Shown piece by piece: positions 21,601-29,032 of a stretch of 64,000 nt of DNA. Under the pieces are notes generated by a model, which saw nothing but the letters and a program-made list of their open reading frames with translations, was not told the origin of the DNA and did no database searches. The DNA lies in assembly GCA_945860955.1 (NCBI GenBank), contig CAMATH010000002.1, forward strand, positions 23,085-87,084, written 5' to 3'. Position 1 is the first letter of the stretch; every line of letters begins with the position of its first letter. This stretch comes from Planctomicrobium piriforme. Lineage in GTDB: Bacteria; Planctomycetota; Planctomycetia; Planctomycetales; Planctomycetaceae. The translations under genes were made by a program, and so were the position numbers.

Positions 21601-22141
21601 CGTTCTGGATCTCCAGGTAGTAGTTGTCGCCAAACACCCGGCGGTACCACGCCACCACGTTCTCGGCTTCGTCCATCCGTTCGCCGAGAATCATGTTGGA
21701 GAGTTCTCCCGCCGCGCAACCTGACAGGCAGATCAGCCCTTCGCTGTGGGCTTCGAGAACCTCTTTGTCGATGCGGGGTTTGTAGTAGAACCCTTCGAGA
21801 AAGGCGATCGACGACAGCTTGATGAGGTTTTTGAAACCGGTCCGGTTTTTCGCCAGCAGTGTGAGGTGAAAGCTCGCCTCTTTCATGCGGGCGGCGTCCT
21901 TCACCCGGCGGTCGCCCGGAGCGATGTACGCCTCGTACCCCAGAATCGGATTGATCCCCGCCTCTCTGCACTTCTGGTAGAACTCCAGCGCGCCGTACAG
22001 ATTGCCGTGATCGGTGAGGGCGAGCGCCGTCATCCCGTTCGCCTTCGTCTTCTTCACCAGTTCCGGAATCCGGTTGGCACCATCCAGCAGGCTGTAGTGC
22101 GAGTGAACGTGCAGGTGACAGAACGGGCGGTCCGTGGGCAT
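18623..22141 (-). CDS. dnaE: DNA polymerase III alpha subunit
   Basis: PHP domain start FCHLHVHSHYSLLDG and long collinear similarity to DnaE. I place the start at ATG 22141 (MPTDRPF). The 86-codon upstream extension in the ORF track overlies a dispersed repeat. Confidence 0.95.
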   Translation of the reverse strand: MPTDRPFCHLHVHSHYSLLDGANRIPELVKKTKANGMTALALTDHGNLYGALEFYQKCREAGINPILGYEAYIAPGDRRVKDAARMKEASFHLTLLAKNRTGFKNLIKLSSIAFLEGFYYKPRIDKEVLEAHSEGLICLSGCAAGELSNMILGERMDEAENVVAWYRRVFGDNYYLEIQNAGLDIQKRCADGTVDLANRMGIPLVATNDAHYLNQEDACWHDVLLCVNTHSLRSDEKRMKMTGDQFFIRTPDEMYSAFPGFEDAVARTQEIANGVDIDLDLKKRHFPVFKAPEGKTDVEYLRELCNEGLKWRYGDNPGKDVLDRLEYELGVITRMGFSSYFLIVWDFARFARENGIPALARGSACGAIVAFLLGLSNVCPLKYDLLFERFLDPNRAEAPDIDIDFCRDRRGMVLDYVKQKYGKDNVAQIGTFGTLGAKAVIRDVARALALPLDRADAVAKSVPMELHITLEEALESGADLKAAYEADPMVREVIDFGMKLEGLAKSAGTHAAGVVIADSPLTDYVPLQKVSGRDDVTTQWPMADVEKAGLLKMDFLGLRNLTILDKAVQNVKKVRGLELDPLTFPLDDEATFRLLQRGETKGIFQLEGGGIRDLLTKMKPDSFADIIATSALYRPGPLEGGMVMTYVNVKHGVEPIPKVHPVVDDILNETYGVMVYQEQVMRILNRLGGIDLSKAYACIKAISKKKLETIAKGREDFVKGAQERGMAGAEAENLFGLIEKFAGYGFNKSHSTAYAAIAYQTAYLKAHYPVEFMAALLTCGMEDTDRIYEHVDDCRRMKIKVLAPDLNKSDVEFGVDGDSLTFGMAAIKGVGEGAVTAIVKARQKGGPFKDLFDLCERVDTKQVSKGVLEILIRAGGLDSFGPDRNQHLAMVDRAIQAAASRARDKAAGQKSLFGGDDDKKPGAAPQPSIVLPDVPPMTQAEKLAAEKEVFGFYLTSHPLMEHAAKLQLYASHYSCDLATCAEGAQIRLGGMISSIKRTNTKKPSRNGHTRYANFDFEDVKGNMRCIMWPEDFAKYGEQVKTETICFIEGRVDKRGREPNLVVDSLITLEEADKRFTDQVAIKFQREMHRPEDFDGVRNILQKYPGRCDVAIVIESFDEVNPSLKFRYILAPGPNMKVSPSPNLATELQNVLGPGNVQFVATPKKRGSMNRQS

Positions 22142-22240
22142 CGACAGATCCGTTATCGTGGGGGAGGAACGCGAAGAGTTGCGGGCGGGATCCTGAACAG
22201 GATCCGAGTCCCGATTGTACCGAGCCGACAGAAGATGGCG

Positions 22241-22420
22241 TAGCCCTCCGCAACGTAGCCCGCACTCTCCAAGTGCGCGGCCCGCTGTGCGATCTCCGTC
22301 GCACGACGCCCTCGGGGTCTGGCGCAACCTCACAAGCTCGCCGTCCTTCGCGAACTGACTTGGCCCCCGTCGTGGCTTTGCCTCTTCGCCGCGACTCACC
22401 TCGCGCCACGAAACCCCCGT
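22241..22420 (-). repeat. ~175-nt dispersed repeat, copy 1 (dnaE upstream region)
   Basis: The reverse complement aligns by eye at roughly 80% identity with 37625-37797. Shared blocks include cggcgaagaggcRaagccMcgac, ttgtgaggttgcgccag and cgcacagcgggccgcgcacttggagagtgcgggctac. Confidence 0.75.
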
Positions 22421-22502
22421 AACGTGTTTTCACCCACGCGCATTCGTGCTTGCCAAGAGCGATCCGTCGAGCGCATCCCACGGTTCGAAAGAAAGAAGTT
22501 TT

Positions 22503-22590
22503 GACAGGATGAAGAGGATGAAAGGGATGAACAGGATGGAGTTGCGTGCCATTCAGGCTCTCTGGCTAAGAACCCGTCGAAGATCAATTT
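22503..22590 (+). repeat. GGATGAA-iteron repeat, single arm
   Basis: gacaggatgaagaggatgaaagggatgaacaggatggagt is identical to the reverse complement of 40419-40458. The flanking ~45 nt are also similar. Confidence 0.8.
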
Positions 22591-22682
22591 CGTGGTTTGT
22601 GAAAGTCTTCGGACAAAACGAATCACCGGCGGTTGACCAATGGCGGCGGTCAGGTGACATCGAATCCCGTGATGCGCGTCTA

Positions 22683-22967
22683 CCCCGTAGGGGTTTTATA
22701 GCAAATCCCAGGGTTGGTCGAGCGCAGCGAGACCTACCCTGGGTCACTCGACGAACCGATTCATACCCTGAAAGGGTTTCATCGGGGGCGAATGAGTGAA
22801 TCAAGCCATCAATGGTTCAGGGATTCGTTCCGGAATTCGACGAGCTGTTCCTTCGTGTGGCCGTGATCGAACCCTTTCAGGGTACGGCTCGGTGACGATT
22901 CAAAAACCCAGGGTAGGTCTCGCTCCGCTCGACCAACCCTGGGCTATGGGATCCAACCCCGTTGGGG
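22683..22967. repeat. large imperfect palindrome (two ~100-nt arms, each made of three small hairpins)
   Basis: Left arm is ccccgtagggg...cccagggttggtcgagcgcagcgagacctaccctggg...accctgaaagggt. Its reverse complement recurs at 22865-22967. The centre is ~80 nt. Confidence 0.8.
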
Positions 22968-23044
22968 TAAATTCAATGCCACCGCGAAAGTGCCGAACGT
23001 GATCGAAGCCTCGCTCCGGATCTACCGGCAGTCGGTTTTGGCAG

Positions 23045-23400
23045 TTCGCCCGGAGTGGTGAATGAGATCCTCGCTCTGTCAGACAAGATCGGCGTCAAGT
23101 GAAACCGTCCGGATCGCAAGGCAATTGGTCGCCAATTGTCGCGCGAACACGGGATGCATTCATTCCTCGCAAAAAGCACGACGTCGCAGGTGGTGCCCAT
23201 TGATTGGCTTCTGACGTCGTGTGTGGCAGACAGAGCGAAGATCTGATTCACCATCCACACGAGGTGGATGGGGTCTGGACCGCGCAATGGGGATTGAGAC
23301 TAGCCATCGATCTTTCTCCCCATCCGCTCCAGGCGGATGGGGCCGTCGCCAACACCCGCCGCCGTTCGGTTTTCGCGAAACCCCATCCGACTCGGGCGCG
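23045..23400. repeat. REP-like cluster / ~350-bp composite repeat, copy B
   Basis: Collinear with 225-590. Inverted arms are 23057-23096 vs 23213-23273. Palindromic units ccatccacacgaggtggatgg and ccccatccgctccaggcggatgggg are present. Confidence 0.8.
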
Positions 23401-23601
23401 ATGTCACGTTTTCGGCCGCGTGGAGTCGTATCCCCCTCCGATCGGACGACGACTCCACCCAGGCTTGAATCAAATGTACACTATCTCGATCGAGCGCCCG
23501 TACACCTGCGGCCGCTCCGCCGTGCGCTGCGTCGCGAGGGGCGTCGGCTCGCTGAGGCTCGCTGCGCCACCCCTCGGACTCCGCTCCCGGCTCCGCTCGG
23601 T

Positions 23602-26600
23602 TCACTTGAACTTGCCTGGCCCCTGCTTGCGGGACGAACTGAGGGCCACACGGAAGCCCAGGTCGTAGTTGCGGTCGTCGGGCGAGAACCAGATCCGGCT
23701 CGCCGACTGGCAGATCCAGGCGGAGAGCCTCCAGCAACCGCCCCGGATCACCCGGGACGAGCCCTCGGAACTCCATAGGTCCGCGCACCATTCCCACACG
23801 TTGCCCGCCATGTCCTCCAGACCGAAGTCGGCGGACCGGGACCGCGGGAAGATGCCGACCGGCGACGTCACCTCCAAACCCGCTTCGCGACTATTGCAGA
23901 TTCCGGTCTCCCATTGATCCCGGCCACCCCACGGATAATCGAGCGCCAACCGACCCCGGGCCGCCGCTTCCCATTCCCGCTCACTCGGCAATCTGCCCCC
24001 TACCCAGTTCGCGAACGCCTCGGCTTCATAAAACGAAACCCCCACCACCGGCTGGTTCGGCAGATTCCATTTGCCGTCGTGCCAATACTTTGGCTCGATC
24101 ACACCATTCTCCTCGCGCCAGTTCCACCCCTCCGCCGACCACCATTCCCGCTGTGTGTAGCAACCCACTGCGATGAACAATTCGTATTGAGCGTTCGTCA
24201 CCGGATACTTCGACAGCCAGAACGGTGCCCGCACCTCAAAGTCACAAGTCGCAAGGGCCAAGTCGTCATAGTCGTATCTCTTTTTCAACTCGGCGCATAG
24301 CTCGTCGTCTCCCACGCGATACGTCCCGGCGGGAATCTCCACGTACGCGGCCCGGTCCCTCAAATCGGTCACAATGCGCGGGTCGCCCATGTAGCCCAGC
24401 GTCGCCGCCAGATCGTACCGCGCTCGTAGTGGCACTTCCCTTTCGATCGCCGCGACGCAATACCGTCGAAACTTCTCTTCCAGTTCCCCTTTCAGCCGCA
24501 AGCCCCGCTTGAGCAGAATCTGCAGGCAGTCGGCCACCACCAGCGACACACCCAGCGTCTCGGGACTCAGTCCGTCGACCAATTCCCCCAACAGCGCGAT
24601 GCTCCGCTCGGGCGACGAGCGCTTCGCCAACTGCGACCCGAACACAAACGACAGAGTACTCCGCCACTCCGGCGCGCTCCCCCGGTCTCGAAACACCTCC
24701 ACCAGCCGATCTTCGCACACGTCCAACAACCGCTGCGCGGCCAGGTAATCCTGAATCGTCAGATGATAAAAGCCGGCCCGTTGGTCCCCCTGCGGCAACA
24801 GCAACCCGGTGTGCGTCAAGAGTTGCTCGCGGGCGGCGACCGCGCCGGTAAACCCCGCTTCCGTCCACGACGTTTTGTCCTGATACGCCTGGATCATCTT
24901 GTCGACTTCCGCCCAAGTCGCCTGCGCCTGTGGCGTCGCGCGTGTTTCCCCCAACCCTTCCCCTGTGTGCATGCCGTACGCCACCACCGCCAGCCGATTG
25001 CGGACCAATTCGATCACCGTGCGCTCTTGCGGAAAACGGTTGAACAGCACGTTGTCGACAATGCGGTCGTAGACGTCGTGCCGATCTTGCGGCAGTCGCC
25101 CCCCTTCGCTGTACACAATGCATATCGCCGTCAGCAGCATGGGGTTGGCGATCAACGCCGACAGGTCGTCGCGCAGCGCCACGTGCCGGAGCATCTGTTC
25201 GGCGGTCTCGGCGGCCCGCGACGGGTTGTCGATCAGACAATGAAACCAGCGGCGAACCAACAGCTCGCGGAGCGGCTCGTCGAGTTCAGCGAGCGGAGCC
25301 GACCGCAACCCGAGCCGGGGGGCTTGTTCGCTGCCCACACCATAATTGCGACTGGTGAGCAGCACCCGGTGGCCGCGCGTGGTCCAGGGCTTGACCGCCG
25401 CGATCAGCCCTTCGAGCAGCATGGCCCGCGGCTGGCAGGGGTTGGTTGGCGAGCCGTGCGACAAGGGGACTTCGTCGAGTCCGTCGAGCAATAACAACAG
25501 GGAACCGCGAGCGAGATGGGGGCCGACAATCGCGCCATCGATTCCGGCGGGACGGGTGGCGTTGGCCCAGCGCAGGAGCGAGTCCTCCAGCTCCTGTTGA
25601 GAGATCTGCGCCACGCCGGGATTAAGCGGCAGGTACTGCCAGAAATCGCGCAACCGCACGAGGAGCGGCAACCGCCCAGCGAAGGAGACAGGAAGTTCGT
25701 CGGCGTATCCCTCGGGGGCGGGGACCGGAGTCTCGGGGAGACTTCCCGTGCAGGCGAGCCAGGCGACCCAGCGACAGAACGTCGATTTCCCGGTACCGGC
25801 GGCCCCTGCGACGTACAGCGATTCGGAGTCGAGCAGTTTGAGCAGGAGCTGCGGCGGTTGTTTCTGATCTTCGCCGCTAAGGACAGGTTCTTCGCGGACA
25901 AGTATCGCGGGATTACTACGGTCCCTTTGATCGGCGGGCAGGGTTGTCAGTGGGACATACACGTGATTCAGTTTGACCGACTGCCCCTGTCGCAGCTTGA
26001 GTCCGAGCAAGCCGACGTCAGCACAGGAGTCCCGCAGGCGGTCGAGATAGTCGCGGGGGATCGAAGCGGGAGTGGTTTCGAGATCGTCGCCAGATAAGCG
26101 GGCGTGTGCCACATGTTTGGGGCGGGGTGGCAAATCGTGGCACTTTGTGCGTAATGTCTGGATCAGTTCCTTCAAATCGTTTCCATAGTCGTCGGTCCGT
26201 AAACGGACCGCCTGAATCGATGCGAGACGTTCGAGTCCGACATTGCGGAGCCAAGCCTCGGACGGCATCTCAGCGGAGTTCAACCGCAGCGGGATCACGA
26301 TGGTTTTCTTCTCGGCCTCGCGGTCGAGGCCGAGCGTCACTTCCCGCCGAACCCAGTCCTTCGGGTCGTGTAACCGGGGAAATCCCTCCATCGGCCCCGT
26401 TTTGAATGTCACGCTCTTCCACAGCGGACCGATTGCAACCAGCAGCACACGACACGTTTGCAGGTTGTCCTGGATCACCTTGGACCAGTCGTCGCCTCCC
26501 TGGATTCCCGTCTTATCGCGAAACACCACGGTCGGCCCAAACTCGGCCGCCAAGTCTCGTTCGAGAGGAGCGACGACGTCGTTCGCGTCGTCAATGCGAT

Positions 26601-26616
26601 AACTGATGAAGATCAT
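23602..26616 (-). CDS. TIR-like domain / NACHT (STAND) NTPase / HEAT-like segment / FGE-sulfatase (SUMF1)-like domain protein; candidate NLR-like immune sensor
   Basis: TIR-like N-terminus: MIFISYRIDD..VVFRDK..WVRREV. Walker A GAAGTGKST (25780-25806), Walker B LLLLLDGLDE (25471-25500), VLLTSR and NPMLL motifs. C-terminal FGE-like motifs: YPVTNAQY, GGRLPSEREWE, YPWG, GNVWEWC, RGGCW, LGFRV (about 23641-24348). Confidence 0.85.
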   Translation of the reverse strand: MIFISYRIDDANDVVAPLERDLAAEFGPTVVFRDKTGIQGGDDWSKVIQDNLQTCRVLLVAIGPLWKSVTFKTGPMEGFPRLHDPKDWVRREVTLGLDREAEKKTIVIPLRLNSAEMPSEAWLRNVGLERLASIQAVRLRTDDYGNDLKELIQTLRTKCHDLPPRPKHVAHARLSGDDLETTPASIPRDYLDRLRDSCADVGLLGLKLRQGQSVKLNHVYVPLTTLPADQRDRSNPAILVREEPVLSGEDQKQPPQLLLKLLDSESLYVAGAAGTGKSTFCRWVAWLACTGSLPETPVPAPEGYADELPVSFAGRLPLLVRLRDFWQYLPLNPGVAQISQQELEDSLLRWANATRPAGIDGAIVGPHLARGSLLLLLDGLDEVPLSHGSPTNPCQPRAMLLEGLIAAVKPWTTRGHRVLLTSRNYGVGSEQAPRLGLRSAPLAELDEPLRELLVRRWFHCLIDNPSRAAETAEQMLRHVALRDDLSALIANPMLLTAICIVYSEGGRLPQDRHDVYDRIVDNVLFNRFPQERTVIELVRNRLAVVAYGMHTGEGLGETRATPQAQATWAEVDKMIQAYQDKTSWTEAGFTGAVAAREQLLTHTGLLLPQGDQRAGFYHLTIQDYLAAQRLLDVCEDRLVEVFRDRGSAPEWRSTLSFVFGSQLAKRSSPERSIALLGELVDGLSPETLGVSLVVADCLQILLKRGLRLKGELEEKFRRYCVAAIEREVPLRARYDLAATLGYMGDPRIVTDLRDRAAYVEIPAGTYRVGDDELCAELKKRYDYDDLALATCDFEVRAPFWLSKYPVTNAQYELFIAVGCYTQREWWSAEGWNWREENGVIEPKYWHDGKWNLPNQPVVGVSFYEAEAFANWVGGRLPSEREWEAAARGRLALDYPWGGRDQWETGICNSREAGLEVTSPVGIFPRSRSADFGLEDMAGNVWEWCADLWSSEGSSRVIRGGCWRLSAWICQSASRIWFSPDDRNYDLGFRVALSSSRKQGPGKFK

Positions 26617-26928
26617 GGCCCCTCGCGCGGTGGTCGTACACAGGTCAATCGGATCGAAGGCGGAAATTCAAGATACCAAGCGCCACCGGCGGCCACAAAC
26701 AATCTCGGACTCGCGTTCCGGTTCCTCGCCGGAGTTCGCGTTGAGTCTTCAAGCGGCGATTGTCCAGACCAGTGATCACGCCGTTGGGCCGAAGCTGGGA
26801 GGGGACTCTGTCCCCCCAGACCCCCCCTGGGATTTTCTGAGGCATGGGTCCAGTGTCCAATGGAATTACCGCGAGTGGGGAGAATCCGGACTTTCACTGA
26901 ACGGCCGGAAACAACACAGTTTCGGGGA

Positions 26929-26980
26929 GCCGCGCCGGTCGGGAAGCGGTATCAAACTCACGCTTCCTGACCGGCGCGGC
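26929..26980. repeat. long near-perfect hairpin in the spacer upstream of the TIR-NACHT gene
   Basis: gccgcgccggtcgggaagcg (26929-26948), a 12-nt loop, then cgcttcctgaccggcgcggc (26961-26980). This is a 20-bp stem with one mismatch and no clear U-tract on either strand. Confidence 0.7.
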
Positions 26981-27234
26981 TTCGTCAAAACGTCTCAAAG
27001 TGGACCGCACGGAGTACCACGTGAATTGTCTCGATTGGTCCCGAACGCGGCATCAACTGGCGCGTGACGGTTGCTGACGTTTCGACGATGTAGAAACGCC
27101 TGCGTTTGGCGGTCGGCTTGGCGAAGACGGGGAGTTATCGCTCGATCATTCCGAATCTCTCGATCAGCACTTTCAGATCGCCACCGATCTGGGTGTCGGG
27201 ACTGCCACTGGCGGCGCGAATCCCCTGCGCAAGT

Positions 27235-28995
27235 TCATTGTGCAGGGACCCGTTCGTCGAGCTTCAATTCGGAATGAGCCGCGATGAATTTCAACATCAG
27301 TTGCGTCGACGGGTCGCGGGTACTCATCATCAGACGAAAGATGATCGTGATGTGGTTCCGGTCCTCCATCCGTTGCACGTCGGCGGCGACTTTGTTGTTT
27401 TTCAACTTCTCGCACACCAGTTCCGACATCCGGTCACAATTGGGAATATCGCTCTCCGCGTACAACACCAGAAACGGGGGACAGCGATCGGAAATGTGGT
27501 GGATGGGCGAGGCGCTGAACGCCGCTTCGCGTCCCGACCCCACGATGGCGTTGAATCGTCCGGGACGAAACTCGTAGATCCCGCTGATCGGAATCGCGCC
27601 GCGGATATCCGACAAGGAGCAGCCCTGGTCCTTCAAGTACTGTTCGTTCGTCGCCAGCAGCGCGGTCAGGTGTCCCCCCGCCGACTGCCCTGCGACGAAA
27701 ATCCGGTCGCTTCTTCCCCCCCGCTCCCCAATGTTTTTGTGAACCCAGGCGAATGCCCGGGCGACGTCTTCGATGTGCCCGGGGTGTTTTACCTCGGGAG
27801 TCAATCGATAACTGATGACTGCGGTCCCCACGCCGTTGCGCGCGAAAATCCGCCCCACGGAGGTGTACAGTTTCCGGTCTCCCGAAGCCCATCCTCCGCC
27901 GTGGATAAAGAACAGCACGGGGTAATCTTTGGCCCCTTTGGGAATAAACAAATCGAGACTCTGTTTGCGACGATTGGTCGTTTCACCATCGGCGTACAGG
28001 ATATTGAGCTCTTCGTTGATTTCAAACGGCCCCCCCGCGAGATAGGTTTCACCCTTCTCGGCTCGGGAGTCTTTCGGACGGGCTGACGCATTGGAATCAC
28101 CCGCCGGTTTCTCCCGCTGGAGAGTGGCAGTCACGGGAAAATGGTCGGAAGGGGTTCGGCCATCGCGCGACGTGTGATCAATCGCGGCGGTAGTCACGGT
28201 CCAGTCACGGGAGACACCAATCCAGTCAATCCGCGGCCCCCCCTGCTCTTTCGCCAGGAAGCTGGAAAACGTCCCTTCCATTTCGCCCCGGTCCGGGTTC
28301 ACCACGCGAAACGTGTCTACAACGGGAGACTTCACCCCTTCCACCTCAGAAAACAGGTTGCGGTACGGTTCCCCCGCGTCGCCGTCATTGAAGTCCCCGG
28401 TAACGACCAGTGAACAACCCGTCCCCAGTTCGGCCAACTTACTTCGAATCAGCCTCGCCGACTCGGCTCGGGCGCGATTGCCCAGATGGTCAAAGTGCGT
28501 GTTGAAAAAGAGAATTGGCGATGCTGCGGGAGACTCCTTGTCACGTAACTTCACCCAGGTCACCATACGGGGAAGAGAACTGTCCCAGCTCTTGCTTCCG
28601 ACCACCTCGGGAGTCTCGCTGAGCCAGAAATGCCCGCCGTCGAGTTTTTCGTAGCGCGACTCGCGATAGTACAACGCCATCATTTCGCCCGCTTCGCGTC
28701 CGTCGTCCCGACCGACCCCCAGCACGCCGAATCCCGGGAGTTTCTCCGCCAGCCAGTCACGCTGAAGCCCGAGCGTTTCCTGGGTCCCCAGCAGATCCGG
28801 ATCGAAAGCCCGAATCGTCTCCGCCAGAAACTCCCGCCGCCGACTCCAGTGATTGACACCATCGTTGGCGGTGCCGTAACGGATATTGAAACTCATCACG
28901 CGGACTGGAGCGTCGAGATCGGCCGCTGGACTCGGCTGGATCAGCGCGGCCAGGAGCAGGAACACAAACAGCGGCAAACAGCGCGACGGCGACAC
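27235..28995 (-). CDS. secreted fusion protein: endonuclease/exonuclease/phosphatase (EEP) domain + alpha/beta-hydrolase (esterase/lipase, HGGG type) domain
   Basis: EEP-like N-terminal half (VMSFNIRYG..LLGTQE..TGDFN..SDHFPV). C-terminal half has FIHGGGW and GQSAGGH nucleophile-elbow motifs. The likely start is GTG 28995 (GAGGA 6 nt upstream), giving the signal peptide SPSRCLPLFVFLLLAALIQPSPA. Confidence 0.8.
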   Translation of the reverse strand: MSPSRCLPLFVFLLLAALIQPSPAADLDAPVRVMSFNIRYGTANDGVNHWSRRREFLAETIRAFDPDLLGTQETLGLQRDWLAEKLPGFGVLGVGRDDGREAGEMMALYYRESRYEKLDGGHFWLSETPEVVGSKSWDSSLPRMVTWVKLRDKESPAASPILFFNTHFDHLGNRARAESARLIRSKLAELGTGCSLVVTGDFNDGDAGEPYRNLFSEVEGVKSPVVDTFRVVNPDRGEMEGTFSSFLAKEQGGPRIDWIGVSRDWTVTTAAIDHTSRDGRTPSDHFPVTATLQREKPAGDSNASARPKDSRAEKGETYLAGGPFEINEELNILYADGETTNRRKQSLDLFIPKGAKDYPVLFFIHGGGWASGDRKLYTSVGRIFARNGVGTAVISYRLTPEVKHPGHIEDVARAFAWVHKNIGERGGRSDRIFVAGQSAGGHLTALLATNEQYLKDQGCSLSDIRGAIPISGIYEFRPGRFNAIVGSGREAAFSASPIHHISDRCPPFLVLYAESDIPNCDRMSELVCEKLKNNKVAADVQRMEDRNHITIIFRLMMSTRDPSTQLMLKFIAAHSELKLDERVPAQ

Positions 28996-29032
28996 GGTCA
29001 ATCCTCGTGTGGAATCCGGATGAAACAGCCGG

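Noticed and set aside
19226-21724. 832-aa plus-strand ORF
   Set aside because: It is antisense to dnaE, and its Arg/His/Pro/Gly-rich composition marks it as a shadow ORF. The same reasoning applies to 14050-15534, 12330-13335, 27106-28086, 38745-39827, 48032-49318, 49385-50281, 54684-55856, 59939-60679 and 62125-63384.
22142-22481. N-terminal extension of dnaE (to 22399) and the overlapping 374-aa ORF 21357-22481
   Set aside because: The extension is the translation of a dispersed repeat that also occurs in non-coding DNA at 37625-37797. DnaE homology begins at the PHP motif right after ATG 22141.
22400-23600. Possible CRISPR array among the repeated hairpins
   Set aside because: The repeats belong to several different families, are palindromic or inverted rather than direct, and have no regular repeat-spacer periodicity. 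No cas gene is present in the window.
26613-26897. 94-aa minus-strand ORF ending in an ATGA overlap with the TIR-NACHT start, a possible small partner gene
   Set aside because: Its Arg/Pro/Gly/Ser-rich, low-complexity translation contains no hydrophobic core or recognisable motif. The ATGA overlap could be chance. It is worth re-checking with ribosome profiling, but the sequence does not support it.
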